15,995 nucleotides of DNA from Candidatus Iainarchaeum sp. (GCA_028700905.1 JAQVRT010000010.1:1-15995); one strand, 5' to 3'; shown: positions 1-7,445, counted from the stretch's first letter. A program made the numbers and translations. The notes: generated by a model from the letters alone, not told the origin.

Positions 1-789
1 AATTTTAAGGATGATTATTCTTCAGTAATTGATTTCTTTTCAAATTATTTAGTGTTTGACAGATTATCTATCTTTTATCCTGATAATTTAGTTTTTAGTT
101 TTGAAACTTCTGAAAATTTAGCAACTAGAAATTATATTAAAAATAATTTTCTAAAAGATAAAGAAAAATTATCTTTAAAGTTTAAACTTCCAAAAAGAAG
201 TGATGAGTTAAATGAAGATTATATTTATGAAAGATTTATTTTTCAAGATAGAGTAAATAATTATATTGGAAATTGTACAAGATTAAGTTTAGATGTTGCA
301 AGAAAATATATTTATAACAATGTACGTAATTTTTCAGAAAACAACTCTTGGTGGGGTTCAGATTTTAGAAGAGAAGATGCTTGGTTTCTTGCAAAAGAAA
401 ATCAAGTTATCTGGAATCATGAAAATGATCTTCCTTTAAATCCAAAAAGAGTTTTTGAAGGAGTTATCTTAGGTGTTTATATTGGTTCAACAGAATACAC
501 TTATAGTCCTGATTCAACAGTTCTTTTTAGAGCTGGAAAAACTTTTAAAGATCTAGAATACACACATACAATGCCATATCTTGATAATTATAAAAATAAA
601 ACAGGAATAACTCTTAATGCAGGTTCAAGAAGTGTTAGTGTTGAAAACGCTTTTGAGTATACTTCTTCTTATGGAAGAGAATTAAGAGAGATAATTGTTC
701 CTAGAAATTTTTATGATAATAAAATAAAAGATAAGTATGGTAAAACAGAACTTGATTATGTTAAAGAATACTTAACTTCTTTTGACTAA
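1..789 (+). CDS. Hypothetical protein, 5'-truncated at the window edge (262 aa visible)
   Basis: Frame 1 is open from nt 1: NFKDDYSSVIDFFSNYL precedes the GTG at 52 used by the ORF track, so the true start is probably upstream of the window. Stop TAA at 787-789. The sense strand is A-rich like the other genes. I recognise no family motif. It ends 14 nt before kae1 on the same strand. Confidence 0.6.
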   Translation, partial: NFKDDYSSVIDFFSNYLVFDRLSIFYPDNLVFSFETSENLATRNYIKNNFLKDKEKLSLKFKLPKRSDELNEDYIYERFIFQDRVNNYIGNCTRLSLDVARKYIYNNVRNFSENNSWWGSDFRREDAWFLAKENQVIWNHENDLPLNPKRVFEGVILGVYIGSTEYTYSPDSTVLFRAGKTFKDLEYTHTMPYLDNYKNKTGITLNAGSRSVSVENAFEYTSSYGRELREIIVPRNFYDNKIKDKYGKTELDYVKEYLTSFD

Positions 790-803
790 ATATGTGATTT
801 ATA

Positions 804-1793
804 ATGAAAAAAATAATATCTTTAGGAATTGAATCAACTGCACATACTTTTGGTGTAGGGATTATTGATAATTCTGGAAAGATTTATGCAAATGTTAAAA
901 AACAGTATACTGCTGAGACAAAAGGAGAAGGTATTAGGCCTTATGATGCGTCTATTTTTCACTTCCAAAACGCAATGGATGTTCTAAAACAAGCCTTAAG
1001 TGAATCAAATTTAACTATTGATGATATTAATGTAATTTCTTTTGCAAGAAGCCCAGGTCTAGGATCTTGTTTGTCTGTAGGAGCGACTTTTGCAAGAAGT
1101 TTATCCTTAAAATACAATAAACCAATAGTTGGTGTAAACCACTGTGTTGCTCATTTAGAGATTGGAAAAACTTTAATGAAAGCAAAAGATCCTCTTTTTA
1201 TTTATACTTCTGGTGCAAACACACAAATAATTGCAAAAGACAATAAAAGATATAAGATATTAGGTGAAACTTTAGATATTGGTCTTGGAAATCTTTTTGA
1301 TTCTTTTGCAAGAGATTTAGGTTTTGGTTTTCCAGGAGGCCCTATTTTAGATAAAATGTATTTTCAGTCAAATAATTATATTCCTCTTCCATATTCTGTT
1401 AAAGGCATGGATATTGTTTTTTCTGGTCTTTTAACTTCTTCAAGAAAATTAATTGGAAAAGTAAAAACAGAAGATTTAGTTTATTCATTTATGCATACAG
1501 CTTATGCTATGGTTTTAGAAGTTTGTGAAAGAGCATTGTCTTATACAAAGAAAAAAGAGATAATGGTTATTGGTGGTGTGGCTGCATCAAAGGCTTTAAA
1601 AGAAATGCTTGAAAGTTTTTCAAAACAAAGAAATATTAAATTATTTATTCCTCCTGTCTCTGTATGTCTTGATAATGGAGTTATGATTGCAGACTTAGGT
1701 TTAAAGCATTTTATTTATGATAAAAAACAAAAAATGAAAGATACAGTTATTAATCCAGAAGAAAGAACTGATCAAATAATTATTAATTGGTGA
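804..1793 (+). CDS. kae1: Kae1/TsaD-family tRNA N6-adenosine threonylcarbamoyltransferase (KEOPS catalytic subunit), stand-alone with no Bud32 fusion
   Basis: N-terminal ASKHA motif LGIESTAHTFGVGII, metal-binding VNHCVAHLEIG, C-terminal VIGGVAAS...DNGVMIA. At 329 aa it has the typical length of unfused archaeal Kae1. Confidence 0.9.
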   Translation: MKKIISLGIESTAHTFGVGIIDNSGKIYANVKKQYTAETKGEGIRPYDASIFHFQNAMDVLKQALSESNLTIDDINVISFARSPGLGSCLSVGATFARSLSLKYNKPIVGVNHCVAHLEIGKTLMKAKDPLFIYTSGANTQIIAKDNKRYKILGETLDIGLGNLFDSFARDLGFGFPGGPILDKMYFQSNNYIPLPYSVKGMDIVFSGLLTSSRKLIGKVKTEDLVYSFMHTAYAMVLEVCERALSYTKKKEIMVIGGVAASKALKEMLESFSKQRNIKLFIPPVSVCLDNGVMIADLGLKHFIYDKKQKMKDTVINPEERTDQIIINW

Positions 1794-1803
1794 AATATTA
1801 AAT

Positions 1804-1944
1804 ATGTTTAAAAGAATTAAATTTAAAACAAAAGATTTTTTTAATAACACTTCTTTAGGAGTTTCTTTAAGAGAGAGAAAACTTAAAAAAATTAGAGAAG
1901 AAAGATTAAAGGAAGAAAAATTAAAAAGAGATTTAAAGAAATAA
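1804..1944 (+). CDS. Candidate small basic protein (46 aa), not in the ORF track
   Basis: ATG 1804 to TAA 1942-1944 encodes MFKRIKFKTKDFFNNTSLGVSLRERKLKKIREERLKEEKLKRDLKK. GGTGA at 1789-1793 (overlapping the kae1 stop) sits 10 nt upstream of the ATG. The ORF fills most of the 158-nt gap between kae1 and the convergent ppa. No homology recognised; Lys-rich ORFs can arise by chance in AT-rich DNA. Confidence 0.3.
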   Translation: MFKRIKFKTKDFFNNTSLGVSLRERKLKKIREERLKEEKLKRDLKK

Positions 1945-1951
1945 ATCTTTT

Positions 1952-2518
1952 TTATTCTTTATAAGTCTCTTTATATCTTTTTAATGCTCTTAAAATTTCT
2001 TTTTGAGCCTCTTTTCTACCCTTTATTCCCATAATTGTTGATTTTTTTCCTTGAAGTTCTTTATATGTTTCAAAGAAATGTCTAATCTCTAAGATAACAT
2101 GATCACTAAAGTCTTTAATATCCATTCTCTTATCCATTCTAGGATCTGTTGAATGAACTGCAATTATTTTTTCATCTTTTTCATTATTGTCAACCATAAA
2201 CATTACACCTATAGGTTTTGCTTTAACAATAACTCCTGGTGCTACAGGATAATTTGAGATAATAATAATATCAAGTGGATCATTATCTTCAGATAAAGTT
2301 TGTGGAATAAAACCATAGTCTCCAGGATAATGTACTGCAGAGTAAAGCACTCTATCAAGTTTTATGTGTCCTGATTCTTTATCAAGTTCGTATTTTAAGA
2401 TACTTGACTTTGGAACTTCAATAAAAGCTGTTACTTCTTCAGGTATATTTTCTCCAGGGCTAAGTTCATGCCATGGGTGTTGTACATGTTTTATTTTCTT
2501 ATTCATTTTTTCTCGCAT
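1952..2518 (-). CDS. ppa: Family I soluble inorganic pyrophosphatase
   Basis: Motifs EVPKSSILKYELDKESG, DRVLYSAVHYPGDYGFIPQTLSEDNDPLD and DEKIIAV match the family I PPase active-site region. The start could be Met1 (2518) or Met5 (2506). Confidence 0.9.
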   Translation of the reverse strand: MREKMNKKIKHVQHPWHELSPGENIPEEVTAFIEVPKSSILKYELDKESGHIKLDRVLYSAVHYPGDYGFIPQTLSEDNDPLDIIIISNYPVAPGVIVKAKPIGVMFMVDNNEKDEKIIAVHSTDPRMDKRMDIKDFSDHVILEIRHFFETYKELQGKKSTIMGIKGRKEAQKEILRALKRYKETYKE

Positions 2519-2667
2519 TTTTTATTTATTTTAGTAATATATAATATATATCTATAATTTTATAAATAAATAGTTTTTTTAAAGAAAAAATCTGTTTTTA
2601 AACTTATTTGTCTTTACATATTATATTTAAGAATATTTATTTTAATTATAAAAGGGAGAGATATAAT

Positions 2668-3003
2668 ATGGAATATGTCTTTAAGATTGAAAAAAAAGTA
2701 ACACATATGGAAAGTCCTTCTAGAAATACTTTAGAAGAAAACACAATAGCTGTAGAATTAAATGATTCTTTTGAAGAAGATGGTAATGATGGTCATGTTT
2801 TTAAATTATTGTCTGCAAATGGAAAAGAAGCATGCTTAGAGTATGATAGACATTATTTAGTTAAAAATGAACATAAAGGTTATGAGTTTAATACAGACTT
2901 AATAATTAACCAACCAAAACAAATAACTTCAATGTGGGGTCCTAAACAAATAACTTATACTTTAACTTATTTAGGAATCTATGGTGAACATTTTAAAGAA
3001 TAA
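2668..3003 (+). CDS. Hypothetical protein (111 aa), first gene of the pth2 unit
   Basis: The track ORF begins at a TTG at 2608. I prefer ATG 2668, preceded by GGGAGAG at 2654-2660. The product begins MEYVFKIEKKVTHMESPSRNT. No motif recognised. The stop lies 2 nt before the pth2 ATG. Confidence 0.55.
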   Translation: MEYVFKIEKKVTHMESPSRNTLEENTIAVELNDSFEEDGNDGHVFKLLSANGKEACLEYDRHYLVKNEHKGYEFNTDLIINQPKQITSMWGPKQITYTLTYLGIYGEHFKE

Positions 3004-3005
3004 AT

Positions 3006-3353
3006 ATGTATAAACAAATAATTCTTGTAAGAAATGACTTAAAGCTTGGAAAAGGCAAGATTGCTGCCCAAGCTTCTCATGCATCTTTAGAAAGTTATCT
3101 TTTAACTTCAAGAAAAACTCCTTCTATTGCAGAAAATTGGCTTTCTGAAGGTCAAAAGAAAGTTGTTTTAAAAGTTGAAAGTAGAGAAGAACTTTTAAAA
3201 GTCTTTCAAGAAGTAAAATCTTATTTTCCTGCAGTTATTATTAAAGATGCAGCTCATACACAATTAAAGGAACCTGATTTTACATGTGTTGGTGTTGGGC
3301 CTATTAAGGAATTTGAAATTGATAAGTTTACAAAAAGATATAAGTTATTATGA
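3006..3353 (+). CDS. pth2: Peptidyl-tRNA hydrolase, archaeal/eukaryal type (Pth2)
   Basis: ILVRNDLKLGKGKIAAQASHASL plus KKVVLKV...DAAHTQL...TCVGVGP and a length of 115 aa are the Pth2-family pattern. Confidence 0.9.
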   Translation: MYKQIILVRNDLKLGKGKIAAQASHASLESYLLTSRKTPSIAENWLSEGQKKVVLKVESREELLKVFQEVKSYFPAVIIKDAAHTQLKEPDFTCVGVGPIKEFEIDKFTKRYKLL

Positions 3354-3868
3354 GTGAAATAAAATATAAACTAATTGATTATAATAATTTTTCAGAACTT
3401 ACAAAAGAAACTTTAATACAAGTACATGATATTTTAAAAAAAGAAGCTTCCTGGAACGATACTTTTTCTGAATTTAAAAAAAGATATACAAAAAGTAATT
3501 TTAAGAATACTAAGTTATTTTTAGTTTTTGAAAGTACAAAACTTGCAGGCTTTATTGAAGGTTATTCTATAGGGGATAAAGAGTTTTATGCAAAATCTTT
3601 TTATGTTTCTTCAGAGTTTAGAAATAAAAATATTGGAACAAAACTTAAGGGTAGAGTTTTAGCTCATTTAAAAAAATTAGGTTATAAAAAATATTCAGAT
3701 GGTTTAGTTGTAAATCCTTTAGTTTCAAAAATAAGTGATAATCTTATTAAGAGAAGAAAAAAAGAATCTTTAAAAAAACAACCTAAATTAACTTTTCCTT
3801 ATGGTTTTAAAGATAAGGGAAGTATTTTGTTTAAAAATATTAAAAAAAGAAAGCCTGGTAAAAAATAA
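3350..3868 (+). CDS. GNAT-fold acetyltransferase-like protein with a Lys/Arg-rich C-terminal tail
   Basis: ATGA overlap with the pth2 stop indicates translational coupling. The segment LFLVFESTKLAGFIEGY...FYVSSEFRNKNIGTKLKGRVLAHLKKLGYKK resembles GNAT beta4-alpha3 (motif A, R-x-x-G-x-G/A-like, here RNKNIG). The last ~45 aa are strongly basic (IKRRKKESLKKQPK...KKRKPGKK). Substrate unknown. Confidence 0.6.
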   Translation: MSEIKYKLIDYNNFSELTKETLIQVHDILKKEASWNDTFSEFKKRYTKSNFKNTKLFLVFESTKLAGFIEGYSIGDKEFYAKSFYVSSEFRNKNIGTKLKGRVLAHLKKLGYKKYSDGLVVNPLVSKISDNLIKRRKKESLKKQPKLTFPYGFKDKGSILFKNIKKRKPGKK

Positions 3869-3870
3869 AC

Positions 3871-4008
3871 TTATTGTGCATCTTTTCTATTTTTAAGTTC
3901 TGATAAGGCTTTTATTGCATTTTCATAAAGAATTCTATTTTTTAATCCTTTTTCTTTTAACATATCTCTTTTAAGGCTTGCAATTACTTCTTCAAGTTCT
4001 AAAAACAT
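3871..4008 (-). CDS. Candidate small helical protein (45 aa) downstream of hjc, not in the ORF track
   Basis: Minus-strand ATG at 4008-4006 and stop at 3873-3871 encode MFLELEEVIASLKRDMLKEKGLKNRILYENAIKALSELKNRKDAQ. It starts 3 nt after the hjc stop, with GAGGAT inside the hjc 3' end. It ends 2 nt from the convergent GNAT stop, so it fills the gap exactly. Confidence 0.35.
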   Translation of the reverse strand: MFLELEEVIASLKRDMLKEKGLKNRILYENAIKALSELKNRKDAQ

Positions 4009-4011
4009 AGT

Positions 4012-4416
4012 TTATCTATCCTCTTTTTTTTGTTTAATAAAATCATTAAAAATTAATCCTTTTTCAATAATTTCTTCTTTTTTAATAGAAAATGCTTTTT
4101 TTGTTTTATTAAGTTTACTATAATGTATAAAATACCATTTTTTTCCAGTTAGTCTCCAGGCAACATATGCTTTATGTCCTGAAATTTTTTCCCAAGTCTC
4201 AAGCTCTTTTATCTGTTCTTCTCTAATATTTAGATATTCTCCTGATTTTGTCTTACATTCAATTGCAAAACCTATATTTTCTTTAATAACAATAATATCA
4301 GGTGTAGGAAGTGTTGAAGATCCTGAGCCTGCAACTCTTGCAGCCATAAAACCGTTGTCAAAGAACATAAAAAGAAGCTCTCTTTCTGCGTTTGACCCTT
4401 TTTTCTTATGCTGCAT
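4012..4416 (-). CDS. hjc: Holliday junction resolvase Hjc
   Basis: KGSNAERELLFMFFDNGFMAARVAGSGSS...PDIIVIKENIGFAIECKTK carries the E...D...E-x-K archaeal Hjc nuclease motif. Length is 134 aa. Confidence 0.85.
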   Translation of the reverse strand: MQHKKKGSNAERELLFMFFDNGFMAARVAGSGSSTLPTPDIIVIKENIGFAIECKTKSGEYLNIREEQIKELETWEKISGHKAYVAWRLTGKKWYFIHYSKLNKTKKAFSIKKEEIIEKGLIFNDFIKQKKEDR

Positions 4417-4440
4417 GTATGTTTTTCACATTTAATCTAT

Positions 4441-4448
4441 TATATAAA
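4441..4448 (-). promoter_or_regulatory. Putative TATA box for hjc (leaderless or near-leaderless mRNA)
   Basis: The minus strand reads TTTATATA, centred ~28 nt upstream of the hjc ATG (4416), with no SD in between. AT-rich context makes this weak evidence. Confidence 0.35.
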
Positions 4449-4677
4449 TATAATATAGAACAATAATGTTTATATATAGTTTGATACTATATATTTTATA
4501 GTAGAGAATATATTTGTTTTTAGATATAAGATGTTCTACAGTTTATTATTAAATTATAAATTAAACATAAATTATTAAAAAGAAGAAAAGTACTTTTAAA
4601 AAAATAAAAGAACTTTTTTATAAAGAAAACTTTAAACAATTAAATTAATCTTTTAAAAGTTATTAAAAATAAATAGT

Positions 4678-4911
4678 ATGACTAAAAATTTACAGTTAAA
4701 AGCAGGCGAGATTATTGAAGTTACTGTGGTATGTAATTCAAAGTTTCAAGAGATTCAGAAATTATCAGAAATTTACAAAATAAGGCTTAAATCACAAGCT
4801 ATTAAAGGAAAAGCCAATAAAGAGTTAAAAGAATATTTTAAGTCTTTAGGGTATTTAGTAGAAATAGTTAAAGGAGAAAAGTCAAACCATAAATATATTA
4901 AAATTTTATAG
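4678..4911 (+). CDS. DUF167 / YggU-like (UPF0235) small protein
   Basis: IKGKANKELKEYFKSLGYLVEIVKGEKSNHKYIKI matches the family signature (GKAN ... I..G..S..K.I.I). At 77 aa it is short for the family. Confidence 0.65.
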   Translation: MTKNLQLKAGEIIEVTVVCNSKFQEIQKLSEIYKIRLKSQAIKGKANKELKEYFKSLGYLVEIVKGEKSNHKYIKIL

Positions 4912-5064
4912 TTTGGTTTTTTATTTAAGTATTTCGTAGTTTTTTTTATAAAAAATATTTATTTTTTTAAAATCATTTGTTTTCTTTAAAAGATTTTTAT
5001 TTCTTTTAACAAAAATCTTCTTTTTTTTAGTTTATAGAGAAAATACATTACAGGTGATTTTAAA

Positions 5065-6834
5065 ATGGGTAAAACTTACTTAGAAACAATTAAATATTTG
5101 ATTGTTGCAGATTTTCAAGTAGATGGTTTAGTTGAAAAACCAGATGTTATTGGTGCTATTTTTGGACAATCAGAAGGTCTTTTAGGTTCACAACTTGATA
5201 TTAAAGAACTTCAACAGAATGGAAAAATAGGAAGAATAGAAATTACAACTAGTCATAATAACAATAAAACTTTTGGAACCTTAAAACTTCCATGCTCTCT
5301 TTCAATGGTTGAAACTGTAATCATAGGTGCATCTATTGAATCTATTGATAAAGTTGGTCCATGTGATACTAGATTTACTATTAAGAAAATAGAAGATACA
5401 AGAGGACTTAAAAGAAAACAAATTAAAGATAGAGCAATTGATCTTTTAGGAAAATTAATGCAGGAAGAAATTCCTGACACAAAAGAGCTTATGGAAGAAA
5501 TCGTTGATACCTTTAAAACAAAAGAAATTGTTTTTTATGGTCCAGATAAACTTCCAGCAGGCCCAACAATTGATGCAAATAAAGAAATTATAATTGTTGA
5601 AGGAAGAGCAGATGTTATAACAATGCTTAAATATGGTTTTACAAATGTAATTTCAACAGGTGGTGCTAGAGTTCCAGCATCTCTTGCAAATATTTGTAAA
5701 GATAAAATGGTAACTTTATTTTTAGATGGAGATAGAGGTGCTGATATTCAACAAAATCAACTTTTAAGAGCAATTAAAGTTGATTATATTGCAAGAGCTC
5801 CAGATGGAAAAGAAGTTGAAGAATTAACACAAAAAGAAATTAATCAAGCACTTAGAAGAAGAATTAAATCAACTTTTGTTTTAGATTTAAAAGATAAAAG
5901 TAAAGATGATAGAAATTCTAAAAATTATTCTTCTCAACCAAATATTGTAAAACAAACTAAGTTTTCAGCAACAAATGATCATAAAGTAATTTCTTCAAGA
6001 CCAAGTTTTGATTCAAGACCAAAGTTTGATGGAAGTAGAAGAGATGATAGGTTTAAAGAAAAACCTGCAAATGACTTTTCAAGTATGCTTTCAAATATTC
6101 CTGATGTTGAAAGAATTGATGTTTCAAATGAAATACCTAGCTTTAGAGATAATAATAGACCTAAACATAATTCTTTTCAAAAAGATAGACCAAACTTTGA
6201 TAGAAACTCTAAATTTGATTCTTCTAAAAATACTTTTGATTCAAGAAAACCTTTTGATTCAAAAAATAATTTAGAAGCTGATAAAGCATTAAATAAACCT
6301 TCTCAAACTAAAATAACTCTAAAAGATAGGCTTGAGAGTGCTTTAAAAGAATTTGATAGTAAATCACAAGGAGATAAGTCTTTAAAAGAAAGTGTTTCTG
6401 AATCTATTGATAAAAAAATAAATACTTCTCTAAAAACTGAAGCTTCTTATCCTGTTAAAGCAGCTGAAGCTTTAAATAAACCAAAAGAAGAAGTTAAAGT
6501 AGAGGTTAAAAAGAAAAAACCTCTTGCAAAGATTACAGAAAAAAGTAAAAAGAATTTTTTAAAGATTCTAGAAGAAGTTGATGGTAAAGGACAATCTAGA
6601 ATTTTAAATGAAAAATTAAGAAGGATAGGAAGTTCAAAGAGTAGTGAGCTTTTATCTAAAATAAAATCTTTTAAAACTGGTAAGATTTTTGCAGTTGTAA
6701 CTGATCTTGAAGTTGATGTTGAGATTTTAAAACTTTTAAAAGAAAAAGATGCTTCTTTTATTGTTTCTCCAAAATCTAAAATTAAAGAAGATCAAGAGAT
6801 AAACATTGTAACTTACAATGAATTAAAGAAATAG
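5065..6834 (+). CDS. dnaG: Archaeal DnaG-type primase (TOPRIM) with a long internal low-complexity insert
   Basis: AGGTGA at 5051-5056 lies 8 nt before the ATG. The N-terminus KYLIVADFQVDGLVEKPDVIGAIFGQSEGLLGSQLDIKELQQNGKIGRIEI is the conserved archaeal DnaG N-domain. TOPRIM motifs are IIVEGRADV and FLDGDRGAD. A C-terminal conserved block (KIFAVVTDLEVDVEILKLLKEKDASFIV) follows a ~220-aa S/K/D/F-rich region. Confidence 0.9.
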   Translation: MGKTYLETIKYLIVADFQVDGLVEKPDVIGAIFGQSEGLLGSQLDIKELQQNGKIGRIEITTSHNNNKTFGTLKLPCSLSMVETVIIGASIESIDKVGPCDTRFTIKKIEDTRGLKRKQIKDRAIDLLGKLMQEEIPDTKELMEEIVDTFKTKEIVFYGPDKLPAGPTIDANKEIIIVEGRADVITMLKYGFTNVISTGGARVPASLANICKDKMVTLFLDGDRGADIQQNQLLRAIKVDYIARAPDGKEVEELTQKEINQALRRRIKSTFVLDLKDKSKDDRNSKNYSSQPNIVKQTKFSATNDHKVISSRPSFDSRPKFDGSRRDDRFKEKPANDFSSMLSNIPDVERIDVSNEIPSFRDNNRPKHNSFQKDRPNFDRNSKFDSSKNTFDSRKPFDSKNNLEADKALNKPSQTKITLKDRLESALKEFDSKSQGDKSLKESVSESIDKKINTSLKTEASYPVKAAEALNKPKEEVKVEVKKKKPLAKITEKSKKNFLKILEEVDGKGQSRILNEKLRRIGSSKSSELLSKIKSFKTGKIFAVVTDLEVDVEILKLLKEKDASFIVSPKSKIKEDQEINIVTYNELKK

Positions 6835-6860
6835 TTTTTTTTAAAAAAAATAAAAAAAAA
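6835..6860. terminator. Bidirectional oligo-T terminator region between convergent genes
   Basis: T8 (6835-6842) immediately follows the dnaG stop. A8-T-A9 (6843-6860) reads as T9-A-T8 on the minus strand just after the stop of the 6869-7288 gene. Archaeal RNAP terminates at oligo-T tracts. Confidence 0.45.
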
Positions 6861-6868
6861 GAAAGAAA

Positions 6869-7288
6869 TTATTTCTTTTTCTTTCTTACTACTTTTTTCT
6901 TTTTAGTAGTTGGTTTTACAATTGCTTTAACTTTTGTTTCTTTTGTTTCTGTTTTTTTTCTTTTACTTGAGATATATAAAAAGTCTCCAAGTATTATTAA
7001 AAGAACAGCAAGTAAAACATTAATTATTTGTCTAATATAGATTTTAAGGTATTGTCCTGTTGTAAACTCTACTTGGTTTGTTCTAATTGCAATTCCAAGT
7101 CCTTCAGATACATTTTCTTTACAGATATCTAATATTTCTGGTTGATATTTTGAAACTTCAATACAGTTGTTATATTGGTCCATAAAGTCTATATCGTTAA
7201 AAATATTAGTAATTGATAAAAGTAAGAAAAATATACCAAAAACAAATATAAAAGCTCCAATTACTTTTAAAATATTATTTTTTTCCAT
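6869..7288 (-). CDS. Small membrane protein (2 predicted TM helices) with a poly-Lys tail
   Basis: GGTGA (reverse complement of 7296-7300) lies 7 nt before the ATG. Hydrophobic segments are ILKVIGAFIFVFGIFFLLLSI and IINVLLAVLLIILGDFLYI, with two Cys in the intervening loop. The C-terminus is KRKKTETKETKVKAIVKPTTKKKKVVRKKKK. No family recognised. Confidence 0.7.
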   Translation of the reverse strand: MEKNNILKVIGAFIFVFGIFFLLLSITNIFNDIDFMDQYNNCIEVSKYQPEILDICKENVSEGLGIAIRTNQVEFTTGQYLKIYIRQIINVLLAVLLIILGDFLYISSKRKKTETKETKVKAIVKPTTKKKKVVRKKKK

Positions 7289-7308
7289 TCTTAAATCACC
7301 TTTTAATT

Positions 7309-7342
7309 ATAAACTATAATAATACATAAGATTATAGTTTAT
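7309..7342. repeat. Perfect 12-bp inverted repeat (ATAAACTATAAT / ATTATAGTTTAT) with a 10-nt spacer
   Basis: Read directly: arms at 7309-7320 and 7331-7342. It lies just upstream of the SD of the minus-strand membrane-protein gene. It is followed by a 12-nt direct repeat TAAATCTTTTGT at 7344-7355 and 7363-7374. Confidence 0.6.
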
Positions 7343-7435
7343 TTAAATCTTTTGTTTTTATATAAATCTTTTGTGTATAATAAAAAGAAATACCTTTTTA
7401 TATCTTTTCTATATTAAATATATTACTTGAAATCT

Positions 7436-7445
7436 TTTTTTAAAA
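7436..7445 (+). promoter_or_regulatory. Putative TATA-like element for tRNA-Val
   Basis: TTTTTAAAAA is centred ~27 nt upstream of tRNA position 1 (7468). Confidence 0.3.

Noticed and set aside
430-789. A possible ADP-ribosyltransferase-like R / S-T-S / E-x-E pattern (VLFRAG ... FEYTSS ... ELREIIVPRN) in the C-terminus of the first ORF.
   Set aside because: The Arg-to-TSS spacing (~43 aa) is plausible. However, the acidic motif follows only ~5 residues later instead of ~35-40, and it is E-x-x-E rather than [QE]-x-E. The pattern is too loose to call without profile or structure evidence.
2608-2667. The TTG-initiated 20-codon N-terminal extension of the 2608-3003 ORF given in the track.
   Set aside because: The in-frame ATG at 2668 is preceded by GGGAGAG at a proper distance. 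The upstream part is AT-rich promoter-like sequence encoding an implausible IIFKNIYFNYK leader. I cannot fully exclude the longer form.
4417-4677. The long 261-nt AT-rich spacer between hjc and the DUF167 gene, checked for a hidden gene, RNA or repeats.
   Set aside because: It contains only very short ORFs (fewer than 20 codons), has no GC enrichment and no convincing inverted or direct repeats beyond low-complexity AT runs. It is most simply a divergent promoter region.
5253-5480. Antisense or alternate-frame ORFs inside confident genes: 5253-5480(-), 6008-6274(+), 9223-9417(-), 10332-10541(-), 11001-11204(+), 12008-12193(-), 13217-13501(-), 15037-15231(-), 15047-15247(+).
   Set aside because: Each lies wholly within, or largely overlaps, a gene with clear family motifs (dnaG, the transglutaminase-like gene, rps19e, rpl31e, eif6/pfdA, ftsY, srp54). 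Their compositions are the low-complexity mirror of the real frame. None has an SD or a recognisable motif.
6861-6885. The palindromic GAAAGAAAT-T-ATTTCTTT sequence at the dnaG / membrane-gene junction, as a possible hairpin terminator.
   Set aside because: The arms are separated by a single nucleotide, so no stable hairpin loop can form. The right arm is coding sequence (the poly-Lys tail). The flanking oligo-T/oligo-A tracts already explain termination.
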